Assembly: GCA_963693365.1 (NCBI GenBank)
Contig: CAVNZM010000014.1
Span: 682,001 to 746,000, forward strand
DNA from: Amoebidium appalachense
Taxonomy: Eukaryota; Protista; Ichthyosporea
DNA: 64,000 nucleotides
Direction: 5' to 3'
Both the position numbers and the translations under genes were made by a program. The notes under the pieces are model-generated. The model was given only the letters and a program-made list of their open reading frames with translations. It was not told where the DNA came from and did no database searches. Of the stretch, positions 41,876-64,000 are shown piece by piece (positions within the stretch are counted from its first letter, which is position 1; each line of letters begins with the position of its first letter).

Positions 41876-42940
41876 GTCCCGGCCCCGCCCGCCGAGGGGG
41901 TCCCCCCGTCTCCAATCATGGACTCACGTGCCTCATATTATGGACCAGATCCAGGTCAATTGTGTTTCTGTGTTTACTGCGATTTCGGTCGGCCGCGTGT
42001 GTGTGCACGTGTGTGCGCGCGTGTTTTGCATTTAGTGGGTTTTATTTTAGGGCAACAATACTTGTTAGATGTGCGCGTGCACATATCATGCAATACATGT
42101 ACTTATAACCTAATCATTCAGTAGGTTCACAATGTCGTGATCACATGCATATGGGCAGGGGAAAAAAGCACGTCACGTGCATGTGAATATTACACTCGAC
42201 CCCCCAGTGGCCCCCACCCCCCCATCCTCCCCCTCCCCCTTCCCTCCATTATTTTGCCCTTGTTTCGTCATTCGTGGTACATGTATAATTGTCTGTACAG
42301 GCAAAGTTGTCCACAGTGTGTGTGTCCGCGCGCACATGCACGCACACGACTCGGGCCGAATTGTGTGTGTTTGTGTCACAGTGTGTGCATGTGTGCACAT
42401 TATTTGTGGTCCACACCAGTACTAGTATTTTCAAGCAGTGTTTATATTTACTGTATACGTGTATGTCGAGGCCCAAGGGCAATTCAACAGCGGTTCACTC
42501 ACGCCGATGAACTTCATGATAATACTAGGACTGTGCAATTGTCGAGTATGCTAAAAACCGATATCTTAATTTCACCTTCGATCAACAGCTAAAATTCAAA
42601 ATCATGTCTGAAATTTGAATATGTGAAGTTGCGGTGGCATAGATATTACATATAATTCGTCCATCCCACACCATGGGCAACATACCTAGATAAGTATAAA
42701 ACTACGACATTTTGCAAGACTTCGCATATAAATAAGACAGGCATCTACTTAACAACTATATTGGCATAATGGTTTTTGAAATGTGCACCATTTATGGCAA
42801 AACCGTTATAAGGAAACTACTTCTGTATATGTAGGAAAAACCAAACAGTTACTGCTCTCGATGAACTTGCAAGTCAGAATCCGGTCACCTGAACATTGAA
42901 TATTACTACATAGTAGCTACAGACGCAACATTTTAGATTT

Positions 42941-51102
<8,162 letters not shown>

Positions 51103-51229
51103 GTTGACTTGTGGTGGTTGCAGATGTGCTACGTTCTGGTCAGGTAGAAACAGCTAGTCGGCGAAGAAAGTTCACACATAGCCTCAACCCACGTGAGTAA
51201 CAGCATAATGTTCTAGTGCTACTTGGGAG

Positions 51230-51450
51230 GCTCTACAGAAGTCGATTGAGAATTAGGGTCATGTTCATGGGTTGAAGTTGAAGTGGAGCGCAACACTGCA
51301 CAGCCTCACGCTTCAGGCAGCTTGACTTCTTAACCTTGAGGCAGCGAGGCTCAAAGGCGCCGCCGAACGCGCCCTGTCCCAAAAGCTTATCGATGGTTTT
51401 GGGCCAATGGGGTGCCTGTTTCGCACATTCCAAAACAAAAGGCGCGAAAC
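51230..51450 (-). promoter_or_regulatory. Conserved upstream block of the paralog pair (CCAAT plus E2F-like site)
   Basis: Homologous to 63615-63861. CCAAT at 51404-51408 and GGCGCGAAA at 51441-51449. Confidence 0.4.
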
Positions 51451-51983
51451 TGCTTGAAACGAGGCCGTACAACAATTTTACACTGATTCAGGCTTTCGGC
51501 TGGGGAGGTTTACGCACTTTTATTTGCTTGGCTCTTTCAGCTGGTGGCCCGATCGCGATGCCAGTTGGTCAAAACGTTTGTCAAACATGATGTTCCTTGA
51601 GATGAGCACTCACAATTCATCACGTATTAATGAAAAATACTGTTTAAAGGGGGCGCGAACGGCCACCAGCTCCTGCCACAAATTTAAAGCCTTCGATCTA
51701 ACCTGCAGTTGCCCGTCAGGGCCTAAACGTAAGCTTTGGGGCACATGCCCGGGTGGAGGGCATAGAAATGAAAAGGGACAGCTGAAGGGCTATTGTGTGT
51801 CGGGACTCGGCAGGTTAGCAGTCGCTCGGCCGGCAGACTCTTTTTACCACCCCTTTCCTCAAGGATTTTTCCGGCTCCTCCCCCCCCCCCCCCCCTCCCC
51901 CGCCCTCCCCCCTCTCTCTTCTCTCTCTCTCTCTCTCTCTCCCTCTCTCCCCCCCCCCCCCTCTCTCCCTCCTTCTCTCTCTC

Positions 51984-52014
<31 letters not shown>

Positions 52015-52022
52015 TCTCTCTG

Positions 52023-52059
<37 letters not shown>

Positions 52060-52081
52060 CTCTCTCGCTCTCCCTCTCTCG

Positions 52082-52112
<31 letters not shown>

Positions 52113-52953
52113 CCCCCCCCCCCCCCCCCCCCCCCCCTTCCCTTCCCCCCGTCCCTCCCTCCCTCCCTCCCTTCCCCCCCTCCCTCCCTCCCTCCCTCCC
52201 TCCCTCCCTCCCTCCCTCCCTCCTTCCCTCCCTCCCCCCCCCCCCCCCCTCCCCTCTCTCTCTCTCTCTCCTTCTCTCCCTCTCTCTCTCCCTGTCTGCA
52301 GAGTGCACAGATGGGTGTTATGATATACACAACACACGGACACACAGGAAAACACAACCGGAGAGGTGGAACGGTTTCTGAGACGATTTGAACTGTTTTC
52401 AACTGCTTGATATTTATTTCAAGATGAAGTCATTTTTATACGCAGAGATGTGGAGCTGATAAAGGCTAAGCCAATCAAAAGAACGAAGGCAAATAAATCG
52501 AAATACCTGCGACACATAGAAGATAAATCGTAATCTTCTAATGAAAGCACGGAAACATTTACTAAAGCTTAAATAAATGAAACCATTTATATATCTATTA
52601 GTTCACATCATATATTTATACATTTTCCTAATATAAACACGTCTAAATATAGTATTCCTAATAGCTGGGGAACATAGAGCAATTCTATGTCGTGGGAAAA
52701 GAAGGAAAAGGAATGAGGATAGAAGGAATGGAATGGGAAAAGAACCGAGTGGAATAAAGGAGGAATGTACGTTTCTATATTTGGGGAAATTAAACGAGAT
52801 CTGATTGGACAACTATCGGACACGTACGCACCATGTAAATTTAGTATTGGAGAAGGGTAAAAGAAAAGGGAAAAGGAAACGAACAACAACAAACTAATAA
52901 AGATATGTATAACTCAACTTCTAAGTTCTTGCCGTTATCCATGTGTAGATGAC

Positions 52954-52985
<32 letters not shown>

Positions 52986-53129
52986 CTCTCTCTTCCTCCC
53001 CCCCCCCTCTCTCACTCTATCTATTTATCTCTCTCCCCCCCCCCCCCCCCCCCCCCCTCTCTTTCTGTTTCTCTCTCTCTCCCCCTCTCTCTCCGACTCT
53101 CGTTCTCTGTTTGGTCTCTATCGCCCCCC

Positions 53130-53317
<188 letters not shown>

Positions 53318-54417
53318 CTCTCCCTCTCCCCCCCCCCCCCTCCCCCCACCTTCTATCTATCTATCTATCTAGCTATCTATGGATAGGAGAGGTATGGCTC
53401 CTCCCTCCCTCCCCGCCCCCTCCCCTCGGGGGGCGGCTTCCCTATCTCCCCTCGAACATGAGGCTGCATGAAAGGTGCATGTTATGTGCCTGTGTCTGGG
53501 GGAAGGAAGAGGAGGGGGAGGGGGAGGGGGGGGGGGGGGGGGGGGGGGAGGGGGAGGCATCCCTCTCTTCCCTCGCATATAACGCTGCAGGGAAGCTGCA
53601 TGTTATGTGCCTGTGTCTAGGTGGCATTGTGTGTACACAATCGAAGGTGTGTGTGTGTATGTGCGTGTGTATATAACAGTTAAACTGTGTGCGCGGAGGT
53701 CTGTGGCTTGCCTGTGTGTCCACACGTGTGCACTGTCTATTTGCATGTACAAGATGGTTGAGGTCCAAAGCTGGTCCAAAAGCCAGCAAAGTCAGCAAAC
53801 AGACATCGGCTTGATTATGATACAACACGATTCACCGATAGTTCTCCATTTGATTGTAAAATATCGAGCTTATGAGAAATAGGGTGACAGACATTATCAT
53901 ATCAGTACACAAAGTGAATTACATGCATACATAGCTACACTTTTAATACATATGTATGGTATGCAGTCACATTACTATTATAGCCGAGATTAGTGATGTA
54001 CATATGCCAAAACGATACATACACATCATTAGATCAATTAAGAACAAATCTCAGATCTACTTAAAAATTGCATCTTTTATAACTCGGGAAACACTTTGTC
54101 CTTTCCCATGTTTGTCTCACTACACCCGTCGAAACCCTTCAAACCCTAACAGAGTGAAAGCGAGCATCATATTATTTCTCCCTATGGCATCCTACGTAGC
54201 ATTCAATGTGTACTAGTGAAGCCTAAAGGTTTTCCGAATGTATATGCAAGAAAGGTTAAGAAATGTTTTAAGAAAGCTGGACCATTCAAGCTTTTCCCGC
54301 CGAATCATATAAATATTACCGACCTATGCAATTTCCATAAGCAAACCAATATTCTTCAATTCAACATACATGTGGCACTATCTCACTTGAACAAATTTTA
54401 TCTTCTCGTGGACTGTG

Positions 54418-63515
<9,098 letters not shown>

Positions 63516-63614
63516 GGTGACGACCCACGTGCCCGCGTGCCCTCTACCCTCTGGTCACGCAGAGAAAGCTGGTTAGCGAGAAAAGCTCATCATTCGACCT
63601 ACCTAAGTAAGAGC

Positions 63615-63861
63615 AAAAGGTTGTGGTACTACTTAAGAGGCTCTACAGAAACCAAGGAGAGTTGGGGTCATGTTCATGGGTTGAAGTTTGAAGTCAGGAG
63701 CACAGCACACTGTACAGCCTCCGAGACAGCACAGTGTACATAGGCGGGCGGTGGGAGGCAGTGCCGCAGCGGCTCAAGCAGCCGCGCCAAAAAAGCTTAT
63801 TGATGGCTTAGCTGACCAATGAGATGCCTGTCTCGCATATTCCAAAAAAAATGGCGCGAAA
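63615..63861 (-). promoter_or_regulatory. Putative promoter block with CCAAT and E2F-like site
   Basis: CCAAT at 63816-63820 and GGCGCGAAA at 63853-63861, ~300-350 bp upstream of the ATG and conserved with 51230-51450. Confidence 0.4.
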
Positions 63862-64000
63862 AAAAAAAAACAAGGCCAGAAAACTTTCACAGAACACCTT
63901 AGTAACTGTGTGTGTGTGTGTGCGTGTGTGTGTGTGTGGGCGCGCGTGCTTGTGTGCGTCTTTGAATGAGTGTATGTGTGTCTGTGCGTGTGTGTGTGTG

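Noticed and set aside
51233-51475. Kinase-like glycine loop LLGQGAFGGAF in a short minus-strand ORF
   Set aside because: No other kinase subdomains follow, and the motif is not preserved in the paralogous block at 63615-63861.

Overview
This is eukaryotic genomic DNA, probably from an opisthokont: the GATA finger is the animal/fungal CX2CX17CX2C type, and a unicellular holozoan is plausible but not provable here. Introns are packed with (TG/CA)n, (GA)n and poly-G/C tracts, so almost all ORF-track entries are low-complexity artefacts. The main structure is a three-level nest of mobile elements at 9553-20809. A ~2 kb non-autonomous TIR element has its left TIR split by a minus-strand Ngaro-type tyrosine-recombinase retrotransposon (gag, RT/RNaseH, YR; split direct repeats A1...B1-A2-spacer-B2). 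The B1 repeat of that element is in turn split by a plus-strand, internally decayed Ty3/Gypsy-derived LTR element with 481-bp LTRs, a CTCAT TSD, a tRNA-Arg-like PBS and a PPT. I reconstructed these spliced minus-strand host genes by hand with phase-consistent junctions: part of an unknown Ser/acidic protein, a GATA factor, a NOL1/NOP2/Sun RNA m5C methyltransferase (with a GC-AG intron), a membrane-anchored bacterial-like cyclophilin, and a tandem pair (one intact ~808 aa, one pseudogene) of divergent 2OG-Fe(II)-oxygenase-like genes that appear to lack the catalytic residues. Family assignments come from recalled motifs, not database searches.
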